Shown in pieces: positions 1 to 14,217 of a DNA stretch of 64,000 bases. Each line of letters begins with the position of its first letter. The first letter of the stretch is position 1. A program made the position numbers and the translations under genes. Under the pieces are notes generated by a model that had not been told where the DNA came from, ran no database searches, and saw only the letters and a program-made list of their open reading frames with translations. The DNA is from Lytechinus pictus. Taxonomy: Eukaryota. Where the stretch lies: NCBI RefSeq assembly GCF_037042905.1, contig NC_087252.1, positions 682,001 to 746,000 on the forward strand. The letters are read 5' to 3'.

Positions 1-910
1 GCCACTATCTTATACAATCACTGGCATACTGAATGGGAGGGGGGGGGGCTTTGGGGCCATTGACCCCCCAAATTTACAAGAAAAATGAAAAAAAGATGGA
101 AAAGTAAAAAAAAAAAGGCGAAATGTTACAGTATCATGTCAACATCTGCAATCTAAGGTTCAAGTTTTTTCTAAAGACAAAAGTAAAATAACTCACTCGC
201 TTCGCTCGCTCCCAGATTTTTAGAAATGGCCAATGGCGTCATATCTGCCCCCTCATTTTTTTTTTTGTTTACTTCATTACGCTTCTGCATTACTTACCAT
301 GTTGATGAAGGCCCATGTACTTGCCGTGTTCTGTTTGAAGAATCTGAAGTTTCATTAAAATATGGTAAGCTTGGAATGTCAGGTAAAGCGTCGAAAACTA
401 TCACCCTTTTAATAAAAAAAAAGAAATCTAATTAAAGCGCACCTAACATTATTTTAATCGTCCATCTCAGGGCCACATAGACCGCCCTAATTGCCATACC
501 TTATACATTTATGTAGAATTGTCAAGAGTATCTGCTTGAGAAAGTGCGCTTTACCGTAAATTCGATATTTGATTAGTTAATTATTTTTCCATTCACTGTT
601 TCTTTATGCCATTCTACATGGATGGATGGATGGATGGATGCAGAAAGGAATGAAAATTCCTTCGTTATGATATAATCGGATATCAACATGTTAATCAATC
701 CTTTATGATGCCCAACACAATCAATTGTAAAGAAAAACCATGTATTATAAACACAATGACACTGCATGCATTAAAGTAATTTAATAGTAAAGAGCAGTCG
801 AGGTTTCCTCAGAGGTGAGACGAGTTGGCTGCTGCGACAGTTGCATCGGGCCTTCTTTTAGCTAGCAGGGTTAGGGTTGCAATAGGGCATTATTATCATC
901 AAGGTTTAAG

Positions 911-1276
911 GGTAACTTGTTAATTCGTCTACTGCCAACTCGTCCACTCACCACATGGCCTAACTTCATTTAGTCTAATGCCATTCCCTCCATTTGGTCG
1001 AACCATCATTTCGTATAATCACCAGTTCATCTATGACCATTTCGTCACATAATCAGTTGGTCTAGTATCCATTTTATTTTCATTCGTTTCGCTCAATTAA
1101 CACTTAGTCCAATTAGACCGAATGGTATATGGATTAAATGGCTATTGGACCAACTGGTAATTAGATGAAATTGTAACTAGACTACGTGGATAGTGGACGA
1201 ACTGATAGTAGGCCAAATGATAGTAGACAAGTTGGTAATTGGACGAATTGGCATTAGACCAAATGAAAATAAACCG
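911..1276. mobile_element. Non-autonomous TIR element (MITE-like) built from ~18-20-bp degenerate subterminal repeats
   Basis: Left motifs (aattcgtctactgccaactcgtccac) are mirrored at the right (gtagacaagttggtaattggacgaattgg). Boundaries approximate. Confidence 0.5.
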
Positions 1277-1830
1277 AAGGGTATAGTGTTAAATGCAGGG
1301 TTGAAGTTAGCTGAGCAACTGTTACTAGTATCGTGGAATCAGTTCGTCTGGAACCCAGTACTATCCAATGTATTTGTAGCAACAAAGGATCGTTACTTGT
1401 ATCGACTCTTTCTCTCTCCCTTTCTATAAGATTCATGATGAAGTCTTCTTAAAATCAAACAGTGAACAAGGTTCGAAATTTGGAACAGCCTGGTTACTAA
1501 ATGAATCGTGATTAGTGTTTTTATTGAATCAATATCAAAAATGCGTAAAGTAAGTCGAAATACGGAATAACAAATATCTTCTTTAGTAAACATAGATTAC
1601 AGAAACACGACAGGGTATTTATATTTTTGAACATAATGAATGCAAGATAAATATATTAATAAGAATTAGTAGCCAGAAAAGACCAAATAGTAATCTCTGC
1701 TCTATAATTTTAGCGAAACAATGGTAAGATACAAGTTTTTCATACATGCACATCCTTCATTTTTAGTTTGAAATATAAAGATTGAATAGATAAATTATGA
1801 TAAGGTTGAAATAAAACGTGTATTCATTAA

Positions 1831-2396
1831 GAGGGTGCGTAACTGACAATTATATGATTTGAACTTATGAAGAAAGATCAGACAAACAAAACACTGAAAA
1901 TGTTATCAACATCGGACAATGAATAACATATAATAACACAATAACATGACCAGTCATTTTGAATATTTGCATTATTACAGTGAAACAGTTCTATGCAATA
2001 TATTTTTTGCATATTCAATGAGCAAAATGACGGTGTCATATCCCCGCCTGTTCTTATATATTTTATTACATAAAATAATGTGTATTTAATTGTATTCCTC
2101 TAAGAATAACAAAATTGAATAGACAACTAATTTAATACATTAGTTATTTAGTGCTGCCACTTATACTTTATCATAAGGGAGACATATGATACACATATGT
2201 ATGCAAATGATATCAAACAATTATGATTTTATGTAATACCATAAGAAAAAGGAAAATGGGACATGAAATTGCTAAACATTAAAATCCAATAATTTTGTCT
2301 TTGGTATCAGATTTTCATGAAGCTTTCACCATTTTGCTCAATTAATCTAACTGTATTTAGTACAGATATCTTTATTATTATTCCCGAGCACCCATC
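1831..2396. mobile_element. Degenerate TTAA-flanked non-autonomous DNA transposon (Kolobok/piggyBac-type target)
   Basis: TTAA at 1827-1830 and 2397-2400; ends gagggtgc...gcacccatc; internal similarity to 7772-8344. Confidence 0.6.
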
Positions 2397-2809
2397 TTAA
2401 AATATAAATGAATTTTAATAATTCATAATTATTTGTAAATTTAAAGTTATTAAACAATATAAATTACTGAAGGATATTCTTTTAAATTTCATCAACTATG
2501 GGTAATAAATAACGATTCAATTCCAATTAAATTCTTTATTTCATTTCCATTCAAAGATATTTTACAGTAATATTCGTAAATCAGATACAAATTACCCGCG
2601 AAGGATGGCGCTATGTAGGTATGCAATCAAACAAGCATTGTACTATGAGATAAAATTCAACTCCATGTAGCAATTTCTGAAAGATTCCATATACACATAT
2701 TCATTGTATTTCAGTTATTGACCGCGTGCCTCTAAACCTATCCCAATGTCCTTTATCACCCTGTGATATTTTTCATCGTAGAAAAGTGTTCCCCCAATTC
2801 GTCTTTTAA

Positions 2810-3216
2810 GGTCACTGCACACCCTGGTCCAAGATCCTATCTTGGAACATTTGGAACAAATCGCATTTTGTGCATTTTCTGAAAATGTGAATGAAAAGTA
2901 CATTTTATTTAAGTTTGATTTACTGTAATAACCCCAATATAAAAAAATTGAAAGATTGAAAGCCTTTACATTTAGAAAAGACCATTTTCGTTTCAAAACG
3001 TAGCCAATCGTACGATTGCTATGACGTCATTGCGATTACATATTAAATGCGCTTTTATTTCAATAAGGGTTTTAGCATATAGTTACAAATTTGGACATGT
3101 ATGATGATTTAGAACATTCCACAGTAAAATACCCCATATTTCAATATTAGTATCAATTTCTACTACGTTTTATTTCACATTCGGGTCGCAGACCAATCTT
3201 AAGGTGTGCGGTGTCC
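2810..3216. mobile_element. MITE, same family as 62608-63023 in opposite orientation
   Basis: TIR ggtcactgcacacc...ggtgtgcggtgtcc; flanks ttaa/ttca; internal sequence is reverse-complement similar to 62608-63023. Confidence 0.65.
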
Positions 3217-3357
3217 TTCATTTCGTGACACAAGCCCAATAACATGAGAATAATTATCTCTCTTAATTAAGCCGAGTGACGTGATAAAATATAACGTTTA
3301 AGAAACCAAAGTCATGACATGAATAAGTTGTTCACATAAAAATAATTACACGCCAAC

Positions 3358-3883
3358 TAACGAACGTAGAGGGTCACACGGGCCTAACTACAACTGGCAG
3401 GCCAAAGATATTCATTCGTGCCAACCTATTGCTCAATTAGGAAATTTGATATTGCTGATTGACAAAAATGAATGAATATGATTGACAATCTTACACTGGT
3501 TCTAGGGAAGGTGCTTACTGAACTTCCTTTTTCCAAATTGAAAAGATATATCACTACTTTGGAACAATTTTGTTTTACTGGCGGAAGAATTAGGACCATT
3601 TTACTCTCTCAAGTGATGAATTTAATCCTGTCAGGTGTAGTCTTCATAAATGCCGATTTATTTTAAAAATGAGCCGGTCAAGGTACCCTTTTCTGGTCAG
3701 ATACGGAATGTCAGACATATATCCTGTCCACTGGTAGTAAACATTCAACCCTCGAATTTCCTCCTTATTTTTTATGATTTCTTTAAGTGCCACTTTAACA
3801 CACGAGTCTATGGGAAATGAATTAGGCCTGTGATACCAGAGGGCAGCCACACACGGCAGTGTTGTTGCCCTCTACGTTCGTTG
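3358..3883. mobile_element. MITE with 8-bp TSD (hAT- or P-type)
   Basis: TIR aacgaacgtagaggg / ccctctacgttcgtt; TSD acgccaac at 3350-3357 and 3884-3891. Confidence 0.8.
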
Positions 3884-4198
3884 ACGCCAACGTTACGTAA
3901 TGAAAGTGCACAGCACTGATCTATGTACAGTCGTATGTCATCAGCATGAATGTTAATTACATGAGAGAAGAATAAACCAAATACTGTTGTTGTTGAAAAC
4001 GCATAATTATCAGAAGTATTAGGTTTATTTTGAAAAGATGTTGTTCGATGGTTTGACTAAAAGAATAATGGAAATTATATGTAATAAAATAAAACGTAAA
4101 GTAAACTCATCTAAGTTATATAGAAATCCATCATTGTCATAATTCGTTCTACAGGAAATTTGCACAATGTCCTTAGTAAACAAAAAGGGGCACCCCCA

Positions 4199-5812
4199 AT
4201 TATTCAATTCAATTCAATTCATTTCACATTTGCATAAAAAGACAATACATAAAATTACAGTGATAAAAGGCATATAATACATGAGATCACACAAAATACA
4301 GAGAATACAAATGTGTGGAATTTAACAAAGGCCAAATGCCTATCAAAGGCAAATGCCAAACGGTTGTAAGCAGAAAAAAGTGTTAAAAAAAACAAAAATA
4401 AAACAGAACTAACCAAATACAAAAGCAAACAAGAAAACGGCTTAAGGAACAATTCATGAGTTTATAAGAATTTTTTTATACTTTCGTTTGAAAGAGTTGA
4501 GTGAAGGACTGATTTAAGATCATTTGGGTAAACTATTCCAGAGAGTGGGTCCAACATATTCAATTGTAGTTCGTGAGAAATTATATTTGAAATTAGGCAA
4601 ATAAAAGTTGTCAGACTGTCTGGTAATGTAGTTACTAACATATTTGTTTTTCACAAATAAATCATCATAAAAAGAGGGAAGAGAATTGTGAAGAAAAACA
4701 TGAAATTTGCAATTTGATAGCTGTTTATATGACTGATAGTGAGTAAATTAAGTTTTTTAAACAATGGTTGTGTACTGATTCTTGGAGAGGAATTGGTGAT
4801 AACTCTTATTGCACGTTTCTGTAAAACAATTATTCGGCTTAAATGGACCATTGCACAATTACCCCACAGTATATTGCAATAATTGAAGTAGGGCAAGACA
4901 AGATTGATATATCATGAGAAGTATGTTTAATGGAATTGAATTTTTCAATCTGTTTATTGCACCAATGGATCTAGATACTTTACAAAATATATAATTTATG
5001 TGATCTTTCCAAGTCAGTTTGTTGTCTTTGACTACACCCAAAAATTTCGTAGAATTAAATACAGGAATTTTACTATTTTGAATAAAAATGTCAAAGTTAT
5101 CAGATGAAATGTTCTTATTTTTAGGTTGAGATATCATACAACATGTCTTGTCAACATTCAATTTTAATTTATTGGCAAGAAACCACTCATTTATTTTTTC
5201 AGTTCTAAATTCATTGTTGAAGTTAAATCATCTATATCATCCCCAGACAAAAACAAGTTTGTATCATCTGCAAAAAATATAAAGTGTAGGATATTACTAG
5301 CATGCTGTAAATCATTTATAAAAATAAAAGAAAGGAACGGGCCTAACACAGAACCTTGGGGCACTCCGATGTTGACATGTTTCATCTAGGAAGAGACATT
5401 GTCAAAAGAAACATATTGTTTTCTGTCCTGAAGGTAACTCTTAAACCAGTCAAGGGCTACTCCTCTTAAACCATAATGTTGTAATCTTTGTAATAATATT
5501 GAATGACTAATACAATCAAAGGCCTTAGATAAATCTAGGAAAATACTAACTGTGAATTTTTTGTTTTCAAAGGCCTTTGCAATTGTGGAAGTGAATTCAA
5601 ATAATGCCATGTAAGAGGAGTAGCCCTGTCTAAAACCAAACTGTTTCGAATACCGAATGTTATTTTTACATAAAAAAGGGCATGAAGCGATTGTATATCA
5701 AACGTTCGAATATCTTTGAGAATGTTGATAAAATGGATATCGGTCTATAATTTGAAAGCGACTGTTTACTACCTCTTTTGTAAATAGGAATAATTTTTTT
5801 TATTTTAATTTC
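4199..5812 (-). pseudogene. 5'-truncated, frameshifted CR1/L2-group LINE (RT region plus 3' UTR)
   Basis: ORF fragments with [35 protein letters not shown] and LQKRAIR motifs in shifting frames; (AATTC)n tail at ~4199-4220. Confidence 0.9.
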
Positions 5813-6324
5813 ATAATGTGACAGAAAAAGAAAGCGTGATAACGTGGGGAGCTTGGAGAGAATAGTAACAATAATTACAACAATAATACTAATTACTAAT
5901 CTTTAACAGTCCACTAAATAGGACTGTTAAAGTACTTTGGAACATCTCAAAAATAGTCGATAGCTTACATCACATAACTATTTTGATTAAAACCATGAAA
6001 ACATTTTTTATTTTGGAATATGGGGTCGCTCTTCCAGTTTTGTTCGAGAGGCAATAAAGCGATTGGTTTGTGGCAATTTCGTCGAAAGTGATATTTTTTG
6101 TTATCACGGACGGATAAAAAAATAAAATAAAAAAAAACCCTGAAAAATATGTTCAGATCGAACTTATCAAACCTTGTAGTCTGAAATGTATCATTCAAAG
6201 TATGTACATTTCGCCTTACTTTTCTTCAAACTCTTATCATCATGCACATCTTTTAACTTGATTTTCCAAACACACTTCATGTCTCATTCTCCGAATCAAT
6301 CCCACTCACATCCTATGAAAGGCC

Positions 6325-6600
6325 GTTCATTTACATTTGCCATTCTCCACCCAGGTGTAGTAATGGGTACCTGGTAGGAGAAGGAATTCGGTTAATTTTC
6401 TGTTCAGTTTCAGTTTTTTTTTCATTACCAACACAACAGTATACAGAATACATGAAAATACATACTAATAAACAATTTAAGTATTGTAAAATATAAAAAA
6501 ATGTATATATATCTTAATGATACAATTGAATTCGTTGAATGCTCGAGCGTCTGACAAGGGCAGCCGTGCTAATGCTGAGGTAATAGTATGCAGTGTTAGA
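6325..6600 (+). mobile_element. Fragment of a SINE-like repeat, interrupted at ~6390-6528
   Basis: ctccacccaggtgtagtaatgggtacctgg resembles the conserved core of invertebrate SINEs; no tRNA head seen. Confidence 0.4.
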
Positions 6601-6838
6601 AAAAAAAGTGTATTTGTTATTGTTATTCTAAACTTAATTTTCATTGTTTACCAACTAAAACTACCCTCGATATTTTTACTGTAACATATAACCATTACAG
6701 TGCGGCTTTAACCTTAACCTAAGTAAGGAGACAGGAAGAGAAACAGGGAGGGGGTGGTGGTGTTCATTGTACCCGCCCCTTCAAGGAATATAACAAAAAA
6801 TAATGGTACACCCGGGAGGTATCGATGATTGCATTGAG

Positions 6839-8542
6839 CATGGACCTATGAATAGATGGACATTCATCGCTTAGATAATAGATTCACTAACAGGTGACTG
6901 TAATTGTCATCTGAATAACATTCTCTTTATACTTGTCTTCTTTGGTCCTATGATCGTCACCGTGAGAAGGGACTAAAGCAGTTAGTGATTAGACATTTAT
7001 ATTTCACAAATTATATGCGCAGTTGATAAAAAATCAATGGAATAATGGAAAATCGATGTGCAGTTTTTGTTTACCTTCGGTAATCTTAGTTCCATGTGTT
7101 TTATTTGGGGAAATGTCTGCATATTGTGATTGATTGTTTACCATTTGAAATTCAATTTTCCCAAGTTTCTCCATAATATTCCAAATATACGTGGCACATA
7201 ACATGTATAGATCGTGTATCGCTCGCGTTAATCGTCCATCTTTTCGTAGGTCCATGGTTTGACCATGGACCTACGAAGAGATTAACGCGAGCATTTCTTT
7301 GATTCAATGATAGTCACCGTCACCTGGTAATGTGCATCCTAATAAGAACATACAGGTGATGTGACAATAACAATTACTATGACAACCAAGACGTATCTGA
7401 TTACTTAAAGACGGATCAGTTTCCCCGGTCTTTGACTCATACCCTGTTACAGCACGTGCCTTTCAATCAACATGTGTCATATTTGGAAGCAGACGATTTC
7501 TGTGATATAAATATGGTATTATTCGATTCGGACACTTCCGGATGCACGTAAGAACCTCAATAACATTAAGAGATACACTATCGATACACGTTATGTGCCA
7601 CGTATATCTGAAAAATATGGAGAAACTTCGTAAAATGGAATTTAAATGGTTAACAATCAATGGCAAATTTGCCTTTATATTGAAATATGCAGACATTTTT
7701 CCAAATAAAACACACGGAACTAAGATTACCAAAGTGAAACAAGAACTTCACATCGATTTTTCATGATTTAAAGGGATGGTCCAGGTTGGAAAATGCTGAA
7801 AATGTGATCGAAATCGGATAACAAATAGCAAAGTTATTGAATTTTAAAGAATTCCATTATTCCAGTGAAACAGTTCTAGGCATGTCTTCATGAATATTCA
7901 TTAGGTGGACTGATGATGTCATATCCTCACTTGTTCTTTGGTATTTTATTATGTGAAATTAGGTTTATTCAATTCTTTTTCTACCAAGAACCAAAACAAT
8001 TTGATTGACACCTGATTAAGTGCATCAGTTATTTATTGCCGCAACTTATTTCATTATAATGGAGACACATCATTTACGCATGTATGACAAAATGAAACAT
8101 TTAATTATAATTTCATGTAATAATATAAGAAAATGGAAAGTGGGGATGGGACATCATCAGCCCACCTAATGAATATTCATGACGATGTGCATATCAAAAT
8201 AACTGATTTCACAAAATATTGCTAAAGTTAGAATTCAATAACTTCGTTATTTGTTATCCGATTTTGATGAAATTTTCAGCATATTACTTTATGAATTTTA
8301 CTCTATTTATTTAGATATAAATATTTTTATCCCGGACCATCCCCTTAAGTGATTTGTTATCCACTGCGCATACAATCTGTAAAATATAAAATTCCACTCA
8401 CGAGCTGCCTCAGGCCCTTCTCACGGTAACGATCACAGTATCAAAGTACAGACAAGTATGAAGAGAATGTCAGATGACAATAACAGTCACGTGTTAGTGA
8501 ATAATCTAAGCGATGAATGTCCATCTCTTTATTGGTCCATGG
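6839..8542. mobile_element. Inverted pair of same-family MITEs (6839-7257 and 7266-8542)
   Basis: Both have catggacct...ggtccatg ends; 7030-7210 is the reverse complement of 7565-7770; 6940-7030 mirrors 8350-8440. Confidence 0.7.
7772..8344. mobile_element. TTAA-flanked non-autonomous DNA transposon inserted in the second MITE
   Basis: TTAA at 7768-7771 and 8345-8348; TIR agggatggtccagg / cccggaccatcccc. Confidence 0.8.
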
Positions 8543-9600
8543 TTTTAAAAAGCCGTAGGATTTTCCAAAGGGGGAGGCATATTTTCCCGAGGAAAACTTT
8601 GACAAGCAAAAAAAAAAAGGTTTCAACCAAAAATAATGATATTTCGTCCACGAAAAAAAAATGAAAAAAGGGTCTTCACTTTTTAATGGGGGAGGGGGGG
8701 GGTACATGCACTTCTATTTTAACGGTATTTTTACATTACAAACTTTAATTGTGCCTCTCAGGGGGGGGGGGGGGCAAGGGCCGGCTGTGCCACCCCCCCA
8801 CCCCCTCCCCCCTGGATCCGCCAGTGGCCAATATATACGGTATGTAAGTTATTAATGACGTTACGTCCGATTGCATGTGAATGAATGAGAAACACATTAT
8901 AGCACTCAAGAAGGTTTAGGCCTACATCATATCATACATTAACATGACGAACATATAGAGCAACTTGTGGTATGACCACGGATCAGTATGCTATCCAGAT
9001 ATTTCTAGATCAGTGGGTATTTGACCCCCATTTGACCAACTGTTTTCCAGATAATGACTTCCTGTGACGAATCCAATTTATGTCCTTTCTATCAGGTATG
9101 GTACTGTAATACGATATAGCTATATTCAGCCATACGTCTGGTGTATTGCAGACTAGCTCAATCGACCACCCCCCCCCCAGGGGGGGGGGGGCAGTCAAAT
9201 GTATTGCTGTACACATGTGACCAAAGTTATTTCCATTGATACCCCCTAAACGAGTTTTTTTCTCTGTTGTGTGCGACATTATAGCCCGCCCGCGAAATTA
9301 TTTTTCCCACCGAGTTCTGGACCAACATATGAATATTCATGACTTGCGTCTTCGGATTAAGAGTACGCATGCGCGTGGACTTTGCCTCGACCAGTGCCTG
9401 TCGTAAGCATTCACGTTCAGTTGCTCAGAATGAATTAGCAATTACCGGTACCCTTACATAGTTACATAGGCCGTACAGGCTTAGATCTATATATATTATA
9501 TCAAATTCTTAAACACTTATCAAACTAGCTGCCATTAATGGCAAGACATGTGCTATAGGCTAGGGCTCACTTAGGCTAGCGCATTAACTTTACCTCAAAT

Positions 9601-9764
9601 CTGGGGAGCGTTTCATGAAAGGACTTGTCGGACGTTTTATCCGACAAGTCCCATTTTACCCGACAGTTACCATAGTAACATTGCTTATCAGCCAATCAGA
9701 ATCAAGGAAAGATGTCAGATCTGACAAACTTATCGGACGAAAATATTGATGAAACGCCCCCCAG
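9601..9764. mobile_element. Small MITE (Harbinger-like) in the left arm of the foldback
   Basis: TIR ctggggagcgtttcat / atgaaacgccccccag; absent from the mirror-image right arm (ggtccagatttgag at ~14700-14713). Confidence 0.75.
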
Positions 9765-9795
9765 GACCTGTCTAACACCTAGTCCTAGTACTAAT

Positions 9796-12483
9796 CAGTG
9801 TTGTAGTGCCTTGATGCTTGGCTTTGGCCTTAAGGCCTACTTTTTTAAAGCCTTGGCCTTGAACATTCAAGCCTTGGCCTTGAGGATTTTGAACCTTGAA
9901 ATTTCAAGGCATTTTCAAGGCATTCTGTACTTTCATTTGTTTTAAATAAGTAATTATAAATGTTTCAATTGTTTTTTATATTTAATGACACTAATGGTCA
10001 ATACTACCAGTCACCAGTAACATTAGCAGCAGCAGTGGTAAGTGTAATAGCAGTGTCATCAATTGTAATTGTCACCATTATCAAGAATTTTCAAACAAAG
10101 AATACATCAGTTATGAAATATAGCATTATGTATTGGTAATGTGTTGTAATCATGACTAATGAATGACAGTAAATAATGATTATGATCAAGATAATAGTGC
10201 TTTGATGACAAGAATAAACATCTGACTGCAATTTTGACAACAATTTTCATACTTTAAACATAGCTAACTCTAAAGAACGATAACAAGGTTGATTTCTATT
10301 CCATTAGGATTTCCTTGCATTATTTTCTTTGGCCAAAAAGAATGATATTCTGAAAAGATTTGGTTAACTTGAACACAGTCTTCAATTTTGTCATATCCAA
10401 ATGGGTTATGTCAATGGCATGATGAGCCAGAAACTTTGAGGGGCCAAGCATGGCATATAGAGCAAAATTTCTGTCAACAAAAGAAGAAAGCGATTGAAGC
10501 GAGCGAGTAAACAAAATTTGTCCTCCTCGTTCTATAGGAAAAGCTAATTTTGCGATAGATTGTTTAAAAAATAATATCACACTTACTCTATCTTTTCCTT
10601 TCCCTCCCCCCCCCCCCCTTGTCTAAGTTTATTCTTGGTGGTGGAACTTCTTCTTCTCTCTATCTCTTTTCTAAATTGTATATTTGTTTTGGGTCAGATT
10701 GACAAAATAAAGGGGAAAAAATGTTTACTTCTTTTTAATCATATATCGTTCAACAGTGAATTTCATTTCTCTACAGTTTCAAGGAAATAAACAACGTATT
10801 TGTTTTTGTGTCAATATGGTTTCAAGAAATAATAATTAATAAAAAAATAATAATTGAATAATTAATAATTATTTATATTATCAATAAGTATTAATAATTA
10901 ATGATTGATTAACTGTTTAAAGAAATAATTCAGATTTACCCTCTCCCAACTAAGGGTATGGGGTGCCCCCTGTTTATTTTATATCCTTTTGAATATAACT
11001 TTATTTTGTTAGTATTCTTTATTCTGTTTTTTAAGGTAAAATAAGTGTAGAAGTTAAAGGAAATGAGAATTGAAATTTAAAAGTGGTTGTAAGCAGAAAA
11101 AATATGAAAACTGACAAGAGTCTTAAAAAATGACTCATTTTCAGTTTAAGCATTTGAAACTTTTAGCTTGCGCTTTGTGCTCTCTTGCCCCATGCACCCC
11201 CATTTCAAAATGAAATATGCCCTTTTAAAAAAGAAATATACCTTCTTTAATAATAAAACATAATACATTTTAGGTTCGAAAATCACAGATTTTGAATCGT
11301 GCTTGCATCAATTATTGTTTAGTACCGTATATAATCCTGCTCATGGTTACAAAAATGTATAGAATGTTGCTTTATGGTTGGAATATCACAAATTTTTGGC
11401 TCGCTTCCTGCACTCGCATCAATAATATTATTGTACTCGTTCTCTTCCCGTTCACAAAAAAAAAGCTTAGAATGTCCAGTTTTCAGGTTGGAATATCACA
11501 AATTTTTGAGCTCGCACTTTGCGCTCGCATTATTTTTATTGGTGAGTTATGTATCCTATTTAAAATGCAGTAATTAAATGCTTCCTTTACTGGTCAGTAT
11601 ATAAAAAAAATTTAGCGGGCGTAAAGTTATTTTTTAGTTAGATACACATCTTTTTCATGATTACAAAACCAGCTCAGAATATTTAATTTCCATGTATTAT
11701 TACACGACATGTCAAGAAGTTTGAGCTGGTGGCTCGCGCTGGCAACATTGCGCAAGGATGCCCTTTTAACAATGATTAGCCCCATAATGGACCATAAATC
11801 AAGTTTTACAACTTCAGAATTGATTTTTTTTCAAAACCGCTTGCTCGCTATGCTTTGTCGCTGAGAAGTAAAACCTAAATCAAAATATCTATCTTATAAT
11901 TAAAAATCACTTTAGAAAGCCTTTGCTCAACTTAATTTCTACAAAACACACAATTAATTCACGCAGTTCATGATCTCATTTTGAAAATACATGTATCTGT
12001 TTGCACAAAAAAACTCATTTTGATAAATGAGTGCCTTTTTGGCGTTGACCCCCCCCCCAATAATATTTTTCTGCTGCCCCTGTCCCAGGGAGTGGAGAAA
12101 AACATACGTAGAGAATGCCATGATCAAATGACCGTGGTAATAATAATTATTGCAATGTAAATCGCCTAGAAAAATTATGGATTATGTGTACACAGGTAAC
12201 TATATCATTATTTTAATATGTCTCTATCATGAAATTATTTTTGTTGTAAATGTACATAGGTTAAATTTTTTCTCGCTCAGTCCCCTCGCTCACATACAGT
12301 TTACAATGTGTGATGTCTGCCGCCTACGTATTGTTAGTTCATTGTTATGTATATCGTAAGTTTGAAATGCCTTGGCCTTGAGGTTTTCAGGCCTTGGCCT
12401 TGGGTTTTCATGCCTTGACCTTGGCCTTTGGTATTGAAGCCTTGGCCTTGGCCTTGGAGGTTTGAGCCTTGACTACAACACTG
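9796..12483. mobile_element. Non-autonomous TIR element with (ccttgg)n subterminal repeats
   Basis: TIR cagtgttgtagt / actacaacactg; gccttg repeats near both ends; absent from the right arm; no clear 8-bp TSD. Confidence 0.75.
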
Positions 12484-12931
12484 AATAGCCCACTAATGCC
12501 ATGGTTAACTTCGAACTGGTCAATTCCGAACTTTACGTTTAATTAGGTTTAGACAAATGTTAGCTTATTTGCCAGGGTTTGTCTAGTCCGTATACAAAAC
12601 CAGTCCTAAATCTAAAAAAAAATATCTTAGTTCGAGTCTAGTCTCTAGATCTAGACTCTGACCTACGCTGTATCAGCATGGAACCACTTGTGTACCAAGG
12701 GGGGGGGGGGGGGGAGACTGCCCCTCTGACGAGTCACAACTGATTCAGGGGACGTGCCTCCCCCCCCCCTTTATGTAAAAATGCAATGAAAAAGACGTAT
12801 GTCCCCTCTTTTGAACGTGAAGATCTTTTTTTTTTTTTTGGGGGGGGGGGGCTTGTCACATTTTTTTCGAGGACGAAATATCCTCCAAAAATTTGCCCCC
12901 CTTTTGGAAAATACTAGGTACGCCAGTGCAT

Positions 12932-14217
12932 CAGTGGCGTAGCTACGGGGGGGGGGCTGGGGGCTGGGGGCTGGGGGCTATATGGGAGAAAGAAGAAAAG
13001 AAATGGGAAAAGAAGAATAAAGACAGAAGAAAAAAAAAGAAGAGGAAAAAAAGGGGAGGAAGGTGAGTGAATGAAATAATGTGAGGGGAGGACTTGAAAA
13101 AAATCTTTCATGTTACTATATAAAATTTTTGCTTGCGCTTCGCGCCAGTATTGCCTGTTCCATGAGATTCATATCTTCCTCAATAGGCTGACGATATGGA
13201 GCAAGTTTTGAAGTCAATATACAAAACATATTTTAGCTCGGACTTCCATTATTTTTTTTTTTTCATTTACAAATTTAAGTGCTCTGTATTAAATGTCCGT
13301 TTTATGGTCTACATATCAGTATTTTAAGCTCACGCTGCGTGGTCACATTGTTTGATTTGCCAAGTTCATAATGTCTACGTGTATTCCATAATGTTCCATG
13401 AAACAAATGTATTCAGAATGCCCAGTTCTAGGTCTAAATCTAAAAAATGCGCGATAGCCTGCATGTTCTTTATTTAAAATGTACTTAAATTATCCAGTTT
13501 CACATCAGAATATCAATAATTGTCTGCCCACGCTTCACGATCGCATTATTAATGATACCCAATTAACTATATCCTATTTATGATTACAAAAATGAATAGA
13601 GTGTCCTGCTTTTAGGTCTAAGATCTCAATTTTCTTCCGTCTCGCGCTTTGCGCTCGCATCAATTGTTTAGTTACATACCTATCCCATTTATTAATACAA
13701 AAAGTGCTTAGAATGACCATTTTTTTTAGGTCGGAATGTCAAAAATTGCTCGCGCTTCGCGCTCGCATTATTGAAATATATACCGTCTTAGTGGGTAACT
13801 GAAAGCAGTCCTTAATAGGTCCCTTTTCGATAATGCTAGTACAGTTAATACAAATTTCTGCTCGTGCTTGGCGTTTGCAGTAACCATCTAGTTACATACG
13901 AATCTTGTTTAGGATCACACCTACCATTGCCCATAATATTTATTAAAAAATCGCCCGCGCTTCGCGCTCACACTTTTTATAAGGCTTATGAGATTATTTC
14001 ATGTTTATGTTGTTTTATAAGAATAAAACTAAAAAGTGACTGATCGGGGAAAATATAGGTGAAGATAATTTCGGGCCCCGTCCCCTATTGGCGAAAGTCC
14101 GATCCGCCCTTGTGACACACTACACACACACCGGAAAAATGGCCGGTGCCCCCCCCCCCCTGAAAAAGCAAGGACCCCCCAGTGCCCCCAGGAAAAAAAA
14201 TCTTAGCTACGCCACTG
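12932..14217. mobile_element. Non-autonomous hAT-type element
   Basis: TIR cagtggcgtagcta / tagctacgccactg; 8-bp TSD cagtgcat at 12924-12931 and 14218-14225. Confidence 0.9.
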
